In this document: one piece after another, positions 1 to 11,671 of the stretch
How positions within the stretch are numbered: the first letter of the stretch is position 1
Layout: each line of letters begins with the position of its first letter
NCBI GenBank assembly: GCA_963833425.1
Contig: CAWHXP010000015.1
Coordinates: 1 to 64,000 of the forward strand
Source of the DNA: an uncultured Methanosarcinaceae archaeon
Lineage (GTDB): Archaea > Halobacteriota > Methanosarcinia > Methanosarcinales > Methanosarcinaceae
Direction of reading: 5' to 3'
Length of the DNA: 64,000 nucleotides
The notes under the pieces: generated by a model
The model's database searches: none
Told to the model about the DNA's origin: nothing
Seen by the model: the letters and a program-made list of their open reading frames with translations, nothing else
Translations under genes and position numbers: made by a program

Positions 1-236
1 AACACTACCTCGTCTTGAAGGTTTGTACCTTTGATCCAATTGAGATCAACAAATTTCTGAAAGATAGAAATGTCGGGACTGTTGTGCTCAGGGCGGGGGT
101 ATACCCTAAAGATTATTGGAAAATCCGAAAAAAATTAGAAAAAGGTCTGTACGGAAAAAAGACAATTCACCTATTTGTAAAAGAAGGGGCCGCAATTCTT
201 TGTGAATTGCTCTTTAGTGACAGAAAGAGTAAATAA
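1..236 (+). CDS. C-terminal part of a conserved archaeal protein, possibly a SAM-dependent methyltransferase-domain protein (5' end outside window)
   Basis: Frame is open from the window start to TAA at 234-236 and converges on alaS. The product call rests on loose family recall only. Confidence 0.45.
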   Translation, partial: HYLVLKVCTFDPIEINKFLKDRNVGTVVLRAGVYPKDYWKIRKKLEKGLYGKKTIHLFVKEGAAILCELLFSDRKSK

Positions 237-377
237 AAAAAATTCAGTGATGGATAACCAAAAAATAAAAAATAAAAATCAAAACCCAAAATTCAAACCT
301 AGCGAACATGCAGTAAAAAAACAGATAGTTTGAAATCCGGCATCACTTTTTTACTTTTTCACGTTATCCGGATTGGC

Positions 378-3164
378 TCATTTTTGTCGGGTTTCTTTAA
401 ACTTCTCTTTCACGAGTTTAAGTCCACTAGCAAGAGCATCCTGAATCCTTGTAGAATCAGTTCCACCCCCCATAGCGAGAGCAGGTTTTCCGCCTCCTCC
501 ACCACCAACTACTTTGGACACTTCCCTGACAAGGGTATTAGCACTGATTCCACATTTCAGGGCTTTATCTCCAACGGCTGCTACTATCTTGACTCCTTCA
601 ACGTCGCTGACAAGTAGAGCCACCACTTCTTCGTGCTTCAGGAATTCAGCGGCTATTTTTTGGAGCTCAAGGATGTCGGCTCCGGGAATTAATTTCACAA
701 TAACCTTGAGATCTGCAACCTCAAGAGAGTCTTTCAGTAGTTTGTAGGCTCTGGAATAGGCAAGTTCTTCCTTAAGTCTTTCATTTTCCTTATTTAGGTC
801 TTTCCACTCCCCAAAAAAGCGCTCAACACTTATAGGAAGGTGTTCAGGAGGCACGCTTAGGATTTTTGCAGAATCTGTAAGGATAGATTCTATTTTTTGC
901 ATGGCGAGCACGGCTGCGGTTCCGGCTGCAAATTCAATTCTTTCCACACCGTCCTGGATTCTTTCGCTTTTCAGTATCTTGATCGGGCCGATAAGCCCTG
1001 TGCTAACGCAGTGAGTGCCCCCACAGGCCTCTACATCATCTCCTACCTTTACAATCCTTATTTTCTCTCCTGTAGGCACTCCACCCTGATATAGCCCAAA
1101 TCCGTATTCTTGTTCAGCTTCAGTTCTTGTGATCCATTCCGTAATCACTCTATTGTTCTCCATAACCATGAGGTTGGCCAGAAGCTCAATCTGCCTTAAT
1201 TCTTCAGGAGAAGTATGCTTGTAATGCGAAATGTCGAGCCTTGAACGATCTTCAAATTTCTGAGCACCCGTCTGCCAGATATGTTTTCCAAGAATTTTTC
1301 TGGCTGCATCGTTTATGATGTGGGTTGCTGTATGGTGCCTGGAAAGAGCCATCCTTCGTTTTTCATCTACCTGGCCTGTTATAATGTCTCCTTTCCCAAT
1401 CTCAAGATGTCCATCTGGACATTCCACTGTATGAACGATTACGCCATCGTAGTCCTGGACATCCACTACCCGGTAAACAGCAGAATCGGCAGTTATTGTT
1501 CCTATATCTGAAAGTTGCCCTCCGCCTTCTGCATAGAAGAAAGTGTTATCCAATACGATATGATTAGTAAAGACATCCAGGACAACAGCTTCGAATTCCA
1601 GACGTGTAGGTTCGTCATAGAAGCGAAGCTTTGTTTTTGGAAGGTGCTTAAGTCTATCAGCAAAGGGAATAACATCTACTTCTTTTTCTTCTGCCTTGTT
1701 ATGCATTTCTCCAATAATAGAATAGAAGTTATCAGGAAATTCTACTCTCACTCCTATTTCCGACGCTACTTCCTTTGCCATCTCTGGCGGGATTCCATGG
1801 GAATCATAGAGTTCAGTTAAATGGGAAAGGGGAATCTTTTTTCCACTTTTTTTAATGTGAGATGCCAGTTTCTGAATGATCCTACGTCCTTTTGCCATAG
1901 TTGAAGTAAATTTTTCCTCTTCCAATTCCAGTATATCCTGCATGAGCGGAAAGTTTTCTCTAAACTCAGGATACTCGGGCATATTCTTTATGTGCATTTC
2001 TACAATTTCGGAGAGCGGGGTCCTGACGCCAAGATCACTCATCATGCGCAAAGTTCTTCTGAGGACAAGACGAGCCAAGTAGCCGGCCTTGGCATTTGAG
2101 GGAATAACCCCGTCTCCGAGCATGAAAGTCAGACAGCGTGTGTGATCAGTTATTGAGTAAACCTTTTCTACAGGCTCCATGATCGCTGAAAGTTTATCCA
2201 CTGTCATCCCGATGCTTGAGGCGACAGTTTTCCGAAGTTCCAACAGATTTGCCTTCTCACTGATGTCCATAGATCCTGAAAGTCGTGCATTCTGGGCCAA
2301 AATATTAGCATAACCAGAATCATCTAGTTCATGTTCAAGTCCCGCAAGACCCATTAGCTCTTTCACTATAGTCGGGAAAAGTGCATCATAGATTGTAGGG
2401 GAACCTTTTGAAGCCCAAACGAAACGCTCGAGCCCGTATCCTGTGTCCACAATATAATTGTCCATCTTTGAATAGTTCTCTCCCTTGATCAGGATATCTC
2501 CTTTTTTATCGGTCTTCAAATCCATGAAAACAAGGGTTGCAAGCTCGAGTCCATTCATAATGACTTCCACGCAGGGTCCTGCATTGCCTCCACCTGCCCA
2601 GGGTTCTTCCTTGTAGGTTACAGCAAAGGGATCTACTTTTAGCGAATTTAGGATCTCGTCACAGAGTTCAATAGTGTGTTCCTTCCAGTAGATTTCGTGA
2701 TCTCTTTTATTAAAAGCATGATGCGCCATCATCTCAAAGTTTGTAAGATGGCGTCCACTCCTGCCTACAGAATCTAGATCATTGAGGCGAATGCATGGCT
2801 GAGAAATCGTGAGCGGGTTTGCAGGAGGGGGAACTTGTCCAGATGTTACAAATGGTTGGAAGTCTGCAATGGATGCAATTGTAAGATAAATGTCGTCTCT
2901 CCAGCGTGCAATTACAGGATATCGATCAATTCTTTTATGCCCCCTGGCCTGAAAGAAGGAGAGATAATACTCACGCATCTGTGATATATCGAATTCCTTC
3001 GAAAATATAGGACTTCCTATAAAGGAATAAGGATCACAGGGAGCATCTCCACAAGTATTTCGATCGAGGTCCCGTGTCCAGAAGAATTTGCCGCATGTGT
3101 GGCAATGCTTCCGGATAAATCCATTATTTTTAAAAAAATCGAGTTGATATTCATTTTCAAGCAT
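378..3164 (-). CDS. alaS: Alanine--tRNA ligase (archaeal type)
   Basis: N-terminal CxxC...CGDAPC zinc motif, TIASIADFQP, DTGYGLER, editing-domain HTATH and EACGGTH, C-terminal DHHA1 GGGGGKP. ATG at 3164 follows GAGTGA. Confidence 0.97.
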   Translation of the reverse strand: MLENEYQLDFFKNNGFIRKHCHTCGKFFWTRDLDRNTCGDAPCDPYSFIGSPIFSKEFDISQMREYYLSFFQARGHKRIDRYPVIARWRDDIYLTIASIADFQPFVTSGQVPPPANPLTISQPCIRLNDLDSVGRSGRHLTNFEMMAHHAFNKRDHEIYWKEHTIELCDEILNSLKVDPFAVTYKEEPWAGGGNAGPCVEVIMNGLELATLVFMDLKTDKKGDILIKGENYSKMDNYIVDTGYGLERFVWASKGSPTIYDALFPTIVKELMGLAGLEHELDDSGYANILAQNARLSGSMDISEKANLLELRKTVASSIGMTVDKLSAIMEPVEKVYSITDHTRCLTFMLGDGVIPSNAKAGYLARLVLRRTLRMMSDLGVRTPLSEIVEMHIKNMPEYPEFRENFPLMQDILELEEEKFTSTMAKGRRIIQKLASHIKKSGKKIPLSHLTELYDSHGIPPEMAKEVASEIGVRVEFPDNFYSIIGEMHNKAEEKEVDVIPFADRLKHLPKTKLRFYDEPTRLEFEAVVLDVFTNHIVLDNTFFYAEGGGQLSDIGTITADSAVYRVVDVQDYDGVIVHTVECPDGHLEIGKGDIITGQVDEKRRMALSRHHTATHIINDAARKILGKHIWQTGAQKFEDRSRLDISHYKHTSPEELRQIELLANLMVMENNRVITEWITRTEAEQEYGFGLYQGGVPTGEKIRIVKVGDDVEACGGTHCVSTGLIGPIKILKSERIQDGVERIEFAAGTAAVLAMQKIESILTDSAKILSVPPEHLPISVERFFGEWKDLNKENERLKEELAYSRAYKLLKDSLEVADLKVIVKLIPGADILELQKIAAEFLKHEEVVALLVSDVEGVKIVAAVGDKALKCGISANTLVREVSKVVGGGGGGKPALAMGGGTDSTRIQDALASGLKLVKEKFKETRQK

Positions 3165-3455
3165 AATAATCACTCAGGATGGTTGAGATTTGTTCTGCCT
3201 CGCTGTAGATGGATGCAAAAGGAAGGCAAAAATATCCCAACTCAATAATTTTGAAGAATATTAAGGCTCTAAATTGTGTATAATCATTAATACGTTTAGC
3301 TACCAACTTTATTCGAAGTATAAGAGAGAATTAAACTGGAATAGTTAAATGACCATAACTGATGTACGAATTAACTCTTGCAACTCGAAATTGCTTTTGT
3401 ATCATTAGCAATTTGTCTAACATTAGGGAAGAATATAATAATGTTGCCTTAAAGT

Positions 3456-3475
3456 AGATCCATAATTATGGATCT
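3456..3475. promoter_or_regulatory. Perfect 20-bp palindrome AGATCCATAATTATGGATCT upstream of alaS
   Basis: The sequence equals its own reverse complement. Function unknown. Confidence 0.35.
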
Positions 3476-3773
3476 TAACTTATAGAGGCAATTCTATAGA
3501 AAAACTTTATTCTTTATTTTAAAAGATAGAAAGTTATGGTATTCTCTAATATCTAGTTGATTTCATTTCAAAAATGTACTTAGTATTATTATTCTGTTTT
3601 TTGTCCTGCAATTCATTGATATTATTTAGAGTAGATATACTTCAATGCATGAAAAATGTATAAATTTGTTGTGCTTGAACTTAATAATAAAAAAATCCAT
3701 CGATTAATGAAGAAAGTCCTAAATAAAGAGCTTCTTAAAATATCCATGGTCTAATGATAACGAATCTGAATTT

Positions 3774-3864
3774 AGAGAAATTCAATAAATCTCTGATTTT
3801 TCACGAATAATCTATATACTATTTATAAGATGTTAAGAAATTTGGAAGTTTATTGAAATCATCT
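3774..3864. mobile_element. ~91-bp MITE with IS5-type terminal inverted repeats
   Basis: Ends AGAGAAATTCAATAAATCTC / GAAGTTTATTGAAATCATCT match the IRs of the IS at 4133-5266. Interior is homologous to 8380-8470. Confidence 0.75.
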
Positions 3865-4037
3865 TTATTTTATTTTGAAGTAAGTGACAGACTTTTTATT
3901 CATAAAGCCAATTATTGATTAGATTTTCTATTATTTTGCAGCTAACTAAATGCAGGCAGAAAGGAACAAAATATCTCTGTCATTTTTCGGAGCTGCCCCA
4001 GATAACCATTATTGATGAACTGATTTATTGTATCTGC

Positions 4038-4118
4038 GATAGATTTCTGATTTTCACGAATAATTTAGACACTATTTATAGACATTTTATAAAATTCGAA
4101 GACTTATAAAATATTCTT
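4038..4118. mobile_element. Degenerate copy of the 91-bp IS5-type MITE
   Basis: Core TCTGATTTTCACGAATAAT...ACTATTTATAGACAT is shared with 3774-3864 and 8380-8470. Ends are eroded. Confidence 0.55.
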
Positions 4119-4132
4119 ATATTTCAAACTAA

Positions 4133-5266
4133 AGAGAATTTCGATAAACTCCATGCTCTTGAGCATGGTTGACTTTAAATTTGTCAATATTTATGTATAT
4201 TCATGAAAACTCTTACTGATTTTGCTCTTAAAGAAGTGTATAAACGTCTTGAATTTGTTGGAGATAAGATTGCTGAAATTGATTCCTTAATTGATTGGAA
4301 AACGTTTCGTATTATTCTTGAGTCTATGTATATCAACAAAACCGTTTCAGGAGGGAGACCTGAAACTGATGTCATTGTGGTGTTCAAAATGCTTTTTTTA
4401 AAACAATGGCACATGCTCTCTGATTTTGAACTTGAGAAACAGTGTATAGATCGAATTTTTTTTAGGAAATTCCTTGTATTTCCGGAATACATACCTTACA
4501 GTACTATTGTCTGGCTATTTGGGGAGAGAATTATCGAGAATTTCAAAGAAAATATGGGAAAAGTTGCAAAGCCAACTTGATGCTCTGGGTTTACAGATAA
4601 AGCAGGGAATGATCCAGGATGCTACTTTTATCCATTCAGATCCAGGACATGCAAAAGCAGAGAGATGAGGCAAAAACAAGAAGAAGCAGAGACGGGACAT
4701 GGACAAAGAAGGAGGTAAGTCTCACTTTGGATATAAGCATCATAATATAATAGACAGAGATTATGAGCTGATCAGAAGATTCAAAACAACAACTGAGTCA
4801 GTACATATTCGTATGTAGATGTGACAGAGGAAAATGAAGTGGTTTATAGGGACAGAGGATACTTTGGAACAAAAACTAATGGGTATAATGCATCAATGAA
4901 AAGAGCAGTCAAAGGACATACGCTGGGAATAAAGGATATATTAAGAAATAAGATCATTAGCTCAAAAAGAGTCCAAGGGGAAAGAGTTTATTCAGTAACG
5001 AATGAAATTTTCAAAGCAGGAAGAGTTTTTGTTACTACTGTTAAAAGAGTAAATCTAAAAATGTTGTGTACGGCTTTTTGTTATAATCTCTATCAATTGA
5101 GGAAATTGAAAATAAAAAAAGTATATTGAAGATAGCGGAAGCTATCCTTAAAATCAAAGAATTGAGAATAAGTAAAGCCAAAAAGAGGAATTAAATAGAG
5201 AAATTGAGGGGAAGATATGAGAAATCCCTGCTAAGAAATAAAATCCGAAGTTTATCGAAATCTTCC
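4133..5266 (+). mobile_element. IS5-family insertion sequence with fragmented transposase (pieces 4203-4580, 4474-4668, 4821-5129)
   Basis: IRs AGAGAATTTCGATAAACTCC and GAAGTTTATCGAAATCTTCC. Transposase motifs LIDWKTFR, QDATFIHSDPG and YRDRGYFG are split by frameshifts. Confidence 0.9.
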
Positions 5267-6632
5267 ATAATATCATAGTGCGGCAAAAAGCGATATCTGG
5301 GATCGTTAATCTCTCTCTATCTTTTTAGGTTTTTCCTACTGCAGCATATCCTGTTTAATGGTAGCATGTGAAGCACAAAGGACCACGTAGAGAGGAATAG
5401 AACCCCAATTTTTCGATCTGCAATGGAAAAGACCCGTATCAAAGCAAACACCAAATCATCGAAAGGATCGACATGAAGAACAAGATAAAACCGGTTGATG
5501 CTCTTGGGCCAAAATGTCATGGGATCCGACTATCCGTGGTGTTGGAATCGGGTAACGATTTCATAGTTGGTGTTCGAAACATGGAACTATTTTTTATGTC
5601 CGAAATAAATAGTATAATAGAAATGAAAATTCCTTAAACGATGATCAGTGAATTATTCTTAATTTTCTTCGGTTTATCTTCCGATTACAATATACGGATA
5701 TTCTATCTAAATCTCTGCATAAATGTTTAAAAAAAGTAGAAAATTTCCTTAAATTTGGAAATAAAACTGAGGAAATATATAGATTTTTTTGTGTTAAAAC
5801 ATGTGCATTTAGCAATTATACATTAATAGAACTCAGAAGATCAAACTAAGGAACTGAATCGTTCTACCTAAAATTATATAATAATTTTAAATTGTATAAC
5901 AACGATCTAAAATAAAACTGTCTATTACACCTGATTTTTGATTTCAAGTGCTTAAGCTTCAAAATTAAAAGCATGGAAAAGTATGAAAATCTGCATCCTT
6001 TTACTATAGTCTTTATGTTTATAATTAACATAGAATTCTTTGAACTTGCTAACTGCTGTTGGTATCACTACTACTGAAGCTGTCAATATTGTTATAACCA
6101 CGGAAAACAAAATAATAAATATCTTTTGAATTCGTTTTTCATAGCCATTAATTTCGTAATTCTAACTTTTGAAAGAAGAAGGTGTACAGATAATTAACCT
6201 TTGATGGATGAATTAATCAATAGCAATACTCATCTTAAAAAAAATTAGCTTTCGAAGGCTACTTGAATGGTTACAGAATTTGCTATTTGAGATAATTTGT
6301 ACAGGACCTAAATTCTATTATCATTTTCGATTGAATTTATTTTCATTGTTTGAGCATTGCCTGAACTTTTCGGATATCAGCTAAAGTTTCATTTTTTTAG
6401 TTCGATTCTCTTTTCCATTTTACATATTTTCATTTTTAAAATTTTTATGAAATTGTCAGTTCTAATTACTGTAATTTCTTTCTTTGTTCGGCAGTCAGAA
6501 GTTCCCATATCTCAGCCCTAGCTGTCTCTATTATCAAACACCTTTCCACATGGAAATTTCTTCGCACGTGTTTAAATATCTCCTTCATTGATAATATTTT
6601 TTGAATTTACACTTCAAGAATGTACAAAAACA

Positions 6633-6722
6633 TTAGTATATTTTAATCACTGATTTCAACGAATTGTATATCTAAGTTTTATAAACAACCAACTTAATAT
6701 TAACGTTTATTGAAATTTTCTA
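6633..6722. mobile_element. Diverged IS5-type MITE ending ~20 bp before the methyltransferase start
   Basis: TGATTTCAACGAATTG...AACAACCA...GTTTATTGAAATTTTCT, homologous to 11581-11671. Confidence 0.5.
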
Positions 6723-6741
6723 TAAAAAGATCAGGGATGCT

Positions 6742-7608
6742 ATGAAGAACTTAAATAAGATTTGTGCTACGGCAGACTGGAGCGACCCAGAGTTGTCAGA
6801 GATGATGCAGGAAATTCTTCAACCTGGCATCAAAAAAGCAGCCGATATTGTAGGTAGGCATCGGAAACACTGGGAATGGGCTATTGGGATGCTCGCGCTG
6901 AAAAAAGCTGGAAAGATGGATAATAATTGCACTTTCTTGGGTATAGGAAGTGGAACTGAAGCACCCGTTTTTTATCTGACTAACCATGCAAAGTACGTTT
7001 TCTGTACTGATCTCTACACGATAACGTCCGAAACGTGGAAAGAAGCAAATAAAAGTATGTTAGCGAATCCAGAGCTTTTTGCTCCCGGTCAATTCAACCG
7101 TAAACGACTCGGTGTGCAGATCATGAGCGGCACTGACATTCATTTTGAAGACAATACTTTCGATGCAATTTTTAGCTACTCTTCTATCGAGCACTTTGGG
7201 ACAAGAAAAGCAGTTTTGGAGTGTATGAAAGAGATAGAGAGAGTTTTGAAGCCTGGGGGCGTCGCTAGTATCGCAACTGAGATCTTCGTAAGTGCAGAAT
7301 CGGAAAAATTGTATAGATATCGAAAGAAAGACAGCCAATTTCCTTACAATTTGTTGCGCGGGCATTACAAAATATTTTCAGAAATCTTCACTCGCGATGA
7401 ACTTGAAAGATACCTTTTATCATCTACTAACATGAAGCTTCTGTATCCCATAGATTTCAGCATCGATGTGAATGATCTAGCAGGAGCTGTGAAATTTCCT
7501 GTGACCAAAGAGTATAATTATGATCAGAATATTACACACATTTTTCTTGACATGAATGGCATGCTATGGGGGTCTATACATATCTCTTTGATTAAACAAT
7601 TAACTTGA
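6742..7608 (+). CDS. Class I SAM-dependent methyltransferase
   Basis: FLGIGSG motif I, FEDNTFDAIFSYSSIEHFG, ERVLKPGG. Confidence 0.85.
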   Translation: MKNLNKICATADWSDPELSEMMQEILQPGIKKAADIVGRHRKHWEWAIGMLALKKAGKMDNNCTFLGIGSGTEAPVFYLTNHAKYVFCTDLYTITSETWKEANKSMLANPELFAPGQFNRKRLGVQIMSGTDIHFEDNTFDAIFSYSSIEHFGTRKAVLECMKEIERVLKPGGVASIATEIFVSAESEKLYRYRKKDSQFPYNLLRGHYKIFSEIFTRDELERYLLSSTNMKLLYPIDFSIDVNDLAGAVKFPVTKEYNYDQNITHIFLDMNGMLWGSIHISLIKQLT

Positions 7609-8099
7609 AATATTTAGTTCCAAAACGAACATGAAATTCTTCGAATAACAAGCATAAATGTTTGGCAGGTGTTATCTATATCTATGTACGAAACCAAAGT
7701 CGAAGTTAACGCTTACCTCCTCTAGGCTGAAGACATTGGAATTTTATTCTTAGTTCTAAAAAAAATATGTGATTCGAAATTAAATTTAAATATATGATGT
7801 AATTATTTTGCCTGGAAAAACAATATCAATTGCTTTATTTACTAAAATTAAATTAGCAACTTTCAGTGGGTTGATTTTATTTACTGGGGTTAATGATTCT
7901 GTTTTTATTTTTCTCATCAGTTTGTAATTAGGCGTGTCTATTATGTCGAAACAGATATCATCCACCTGATCTCAGAAAGATGGGATGGTTACAAAAAAGA
8001 AGAAAATAAAGTCAACTTCAGAAATTAGCGGGAAAGATTTGAGCAGAATTCCCATGTAGAGAAGAAATACTGGACAAATAAAAATTCATTGGATGTGTT

Positions 8100-8210
8100 C
8101 TTATTATTTTTTTAAGACCAAAATCTTTAAGAGTTTTTGGAGTAAAAATTAATTTTAAGAGATTTAAACTCTTCAACCTTCAAATTCGTAGTTGTTTATC
8201 AAAATTCTTC
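8100..8210 (-). mobile_element. IS5 left-end remnant
   Basis: Reverse complement reads GAAGAATTTTGATAAAC...GAGTTTAAATCTCTTAAAAT...AAAACTCTTAAAGATTTTGGTCTTAAA, which resembles the IS5 left end and transposase start. Confidence 0.6.
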
Positions 8211-8379
8211 TTATTCCGAAAAGATAGATTTTGTTTGGTATTTTGTATCCATGATATCGATGAACATCATAAAACCAAAAATGATCATATTAATGATATG
8301 CTTTCTAAATTTAAAAGAACGTGATTTTAGGCATAAATTAGTCATTTTTGATACACTGTGGCGAGTGTGAGGAGTCTCA

Positions 8380-8470
8380 AGAAGATTTTGATAAATCTCT
8401 GATTATCACGAATCATCTATATTCATTATATAGGCATATTACAAAACTTATGAGTTTATCGAAATTCTCT
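8380..8470. mobile_element. ~91-bp IS5-type MITE
   Basis: AGAAGATTTTGATAAATCTC ... GAGTTTATCGAAATTCTCT; homologous to 3774-3864. Confidence 0.8.
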
Positions 8471-9008
8471 TGAGGATAGTTCCAACAAACAAAGAAATAC
8501 AATCATTGGTCACAAATGTACTGAATATGGCTGAATACAAGAGAAAAGATCTAATTAACAAATCTTGTAAAATTGAAGGATACTAGAGAGGAATAAAAAC
8601 AGTTATTTGGTGCGGAAGAGTGTTAGACAAGAAAAAAAGTTCCCGAGAGCATATATTATGCTTTAATTGAAAGCTTTTCTAAGGCTGGAGTTGTAATGAA
8701 CCACGAAACGAGACATGTTGGTTCGAAAGTAAAACTAAATTTTACAGAGTGAGCAAAAGTACATTTAAAACAGATCAAGATATAAAGCAAATTTATTGCG
8801 ATATTAAATAAGGAAAAACAATATTTAAAGCCCGTTACTGCGTAAGTTCTAAGAGTTATGCATCTGGACTTACGCACTTGAAATACTGAATGAGGTATAT
8901 ATGCATTATTTCTTAAAGTTTGACTTTATATAGCTAAAAATATAATTCTATTCGTTTCTCGTTCAACCGCATAAATCCTGTACGAAACAGAACAAGTCGG
9001 TAATAACA

Positions 9009-10028
9009 ATGGTTTTTAAAGTTACTATTATAATTCTCAATTGGAATGGTTGGGAAGATACAATAGAATGTTTGGAATCTGTTTATCAGATCAAATACCC
9101 AAATTACGATGTTGTTGTTGTAGATAACGGCTCACAAGATCAATCAGTTGAAAGAATAAAAACATATGCTTCTGGAAGTCTCAGGGTAGAATCAAGCTTT
9201 TTTAAGTATGATTCGGATAATAAACCCCTACGCTTAATAGAATATTCTCAAGAAGAACATAGATTTGGCGACAGCATAAAAAAAAATATAGACAACTTGC
9301 CATCAGAAAAAAAACTTACTCTAATTAAAAACAATCAGAACTATGGATTTGCTGAAGGAAACAACATTGCAATAAGATATGCATTGGAAAAACTGAAACC
9401 AGATTATATTCTTTTGTTAAATAATGATACTGTTGTAGATCGTTGTTTTCTGGATGAATTAATTAAGATCGCGGAAAAAGACCCAGATATAGGGATACTT
9501 GGACCCACTATTCTTGACTATAACCTTCCACGCAGTATTCAATCAGCAGGCTTGAAAATTCGATGGAATAAAGGAGATGCTATCAGCCTCGTATTTGAGG
9601 GTGATTTCTCCGTAGCTGTGCAGAGAGTTGATGCTGTAACTGGTTGTGCCCTGCTTGCAAAATGTGAGCTATTAAACAAAGTTGGCCTTTTAAATAAGAA
9701 GTATTTTGCCTATTTGGAAGAGGTCGAATTGTGTGTGCGTGCACGAAGGGCATTTTATGAAATAGTATATGTTCCAAAGGGGAGGGTCTGGCATAAAGTA
9801 AGTTCCACAAGCAATAAGATCAGGGGATTCGCTTTGTATCAGTATACGAGAAATCGATTCTGGTTCATGAAACGATATGCTTCATGTAAGCAATATCGAT
9901 TATTTCTTGCATATTTCTTTGGATTCAAGTTCTTCTCTTTTGTTGGATGGGCTTTGCTTCACAAAGATAAACCGTTACTCGTATCTTTTCTCAGAGGCAT
10001 TAAAGATGGATTTTTGGCAAACGAGTGA
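9009..10028 (+). CDS. Glycosyltransferase family 2
   Basis: IIILNWNG, VVVDNGS, NYGFAEGNN, LLLNNDT, YLEEVELC. Confidence 0.92.
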   Translation: MVFKVTIIILNWNGWEDTIECLESVYQIKYPNYDVVVVDNGSQDQSVERIKTYASGSLRVESSFFKYDSDNKPLRLIEYSQEEHRFGDSIKKNIDNLPSEKKLTLIKNNQNYGFAEGNNIAIRYALEKLKPDYILLLNNDTVVDRCFLDELIKIAEKDPDIGILGPTILDYNLPRSIQSAGLKIRWNKGDAISLVFEGDFSVAVQRVDAVTGCALLAKCELLNKVGLLNKKYFAYLEEVELCVRARRAFYEIVYVPKGRVWHKVSSTSNKIRGFALYQYTRNRFWFMKRYASCKQYRLFLAYFFGFKFFSFVGWALLHKDKPLLVSFLRGIKDGFLANE

Positions 10029-10086
10029 AAACTGTGTCAAACTTTGGTATTTGTGCATAGTGATTGAAATTTCGAAATTAGGATCT

Positions 10087-11157
10087 TTAAATGAGATTTG
10101 AGTTTAGCTGTTCATATACTCTACGCATTTTTTCAGCTGATTTTTCCCAGTTAAATAACTGGGCTCTTTTGAGCCCTTTGATGATCATTGTTTCCCTTAA
10201 TTTTTCATCCGTTAAAACATCGTACATTGCGTTTACAAATGCATCGATGTCTTGTGGGTCTATTGTAATGGCAGAATCTGCTACTACTTCAGGCAATGAT
10301 GTTACGTTGGAGGTTACTACCGGTGTTCCACATGCCATAGCTTCCAGTGGGGGCATTCCGAATCCCTCATATAACGAGGGATATACAAAAAGGTCTGCAG
10401 CATTATAGTACTTTGTAATATCATTCTCTGAAACGTATCCTACAAATATTACTTCTTCCTGCAAGCCTAGTATTTCAACCAATTCTAGAAGCTTCTCACG
10501 TGCACCAGGAACCTGTGAAGTTCCAATTTTAAGAAGTTTTATTTCTGGAATTTTCTTTTTCAGCTGGTTAACTGCTTCTAATAAAAAGGGGATGTTCTTT
10601 CTAGGCTGTTCAGAGCCAACGTATAAAACTACTTTGCTATTATCCAGAATACCCAATTTCTTTATGATTTCTCTATCCCTTTTCACGTAGTAGATATCGT
10701 GGTCAACTGCCGGATATACTATGCTGATTTTATTTTCTGGATATCCAACATGTCGTATAATATCTTTTTTTGAGTATTCTGAAATTGTGATCATCCGATC
10801 TGCTTCCTTTAATCCCTTTATTTTCAGTTTAGAAGTCGGTAGTTGGTCATTGTCATATACCCATGGGATGATGTCAAAGCAGGTAACAATTGTCTTTTCT
10901 AATTTTATCAATTTCAGAATGTAAGCTAGATCCTGGCTTGTTATGTGTTTTATGTTGTTTTTTCTTACTCGTCTATTTATAATAAACGGATATATCAAAT
11001 ATTTAACTGCGTCATTTATGATTCTTTTTTTTGAGATCTTAGGATATTCTATGGGATTTAGTTTTATGTCTATTATCCTTTCATGTATCTTTTTCTGGTA
11101 TTTTGACATCCCAAATATTTCATCAGTTTGCAGGCCGTTTATGTAATCAATTTCCAT
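10087..11157 (-). CDS. Glycosyltransferase family 4 (GT-B)
   Basis: [31 protein letters not shown]. Confidence 0.93.
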   Translation of the reverse strand: MEIDYINGLQTDEIFGMSKYQKKIHERIIDIKLNPIEYPKISKKRIINDAVKYLIYPFIINRRVRKNNIKHITSQDLAYILKLIKLEKTIVTCFDIIPWVYDNDQLPTSKLKIKGLKEADRMITISEYSKKDIIRHVGYPENKISIVYPAVDHDIYYVKRDREIIKKLGILDNSKVVLYVGSEQPRKNIPFLLEAVNQLKKKIPEIKLLKIGTSQVPGAREKLLELVEILGLQEEVIFVGYVSENDITKYYNAADLFVYPSLYEGFGMPPLEAMACGTPVVTSNVTSLPEVVADSAITIDPQDIDAFVNAMYDVLTDEKLRETMIIKGLKRAQLFNWEKSAEKMRRVYEQLNSNLI

Positions 11158-11580
11158 ATCCTAATTCCCCAAAATCTCAAATCTTTTTCATTTTTGTCGA
11201 ATATTCCGCAGCTTGTTGCGGGAATGGAAACTTTCCCAAAAACTGTTATTAACTAACTAAGTTATATTTTTCGCTACCTTTGCACACTATTAAATGAAAA
11301 TATGTAATGTAAATAATTGTATCTAGCAAATAAGATCTCGCATAGTTTTTTTGTATGAAGTATCGTAACGAATTTATTTTAGACAATAGCATCATCAACT
11401 ATTTGAATTATATCTGCTTTGAGATTGGTAAAAACTAATTTGTATAAATTTGGTTCAACATCTAATGATGATTATAATTTTACATATTTTCGTTGATACT
11501 GAATCAAAATATTCTCCTTCAAAAGTGATGCAGATTATAACACGTCTCACAGAAAGAAAAATCTTCATATTATATTCTTA

Positions 11581-11671
11581 AGAAAATTTCTATGAAACCT
11601 GTGATTTCAACAAATTGCTTATACAGGTCTTATGAACAACCAGCTAAAAATTGAGGCTTCTCGGTATTCTC
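11581..11671. mobile_element. Diverged ~91-bp IS5-type MITE
   Basis: AGAAAATTTCTATGAAAC ... GCTTCTCGGTATTCTCT. Same length and layout as 3774-3864; closest to 6633-6722. Confidence 0.55.

Noticed and set aside
330..2082. Plus-strand ORFs over alaS, and similar ORFs opposite GT4, the S8 protease, bioFDA, pscS, hxlA and recQ
   Set aside because: Antisense or alternate-frame shadows of well-supported genes, with no recognisable motifs.
5270..6145. ORF 5317-5520 and a nearby signal-peptide-like fragment at ~6030-6145
   Set aside because: Multiple stops and no identifiable family; likely decayed genes.
8837..8880. TGCGTAAGTTCTA and GGACTTACGCAC motifs (also TGCGTAAGTCTT near 57973) as ends of another IS or MITE
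   Set aside because: Partner ends and boundaries could not be located by eye.
11205..11226. Short GC-rich hairpin TTCCGCAGCTTGTTGCGGGAA upstream of GT4
   Set aside because: Single short copy with no supporting context.
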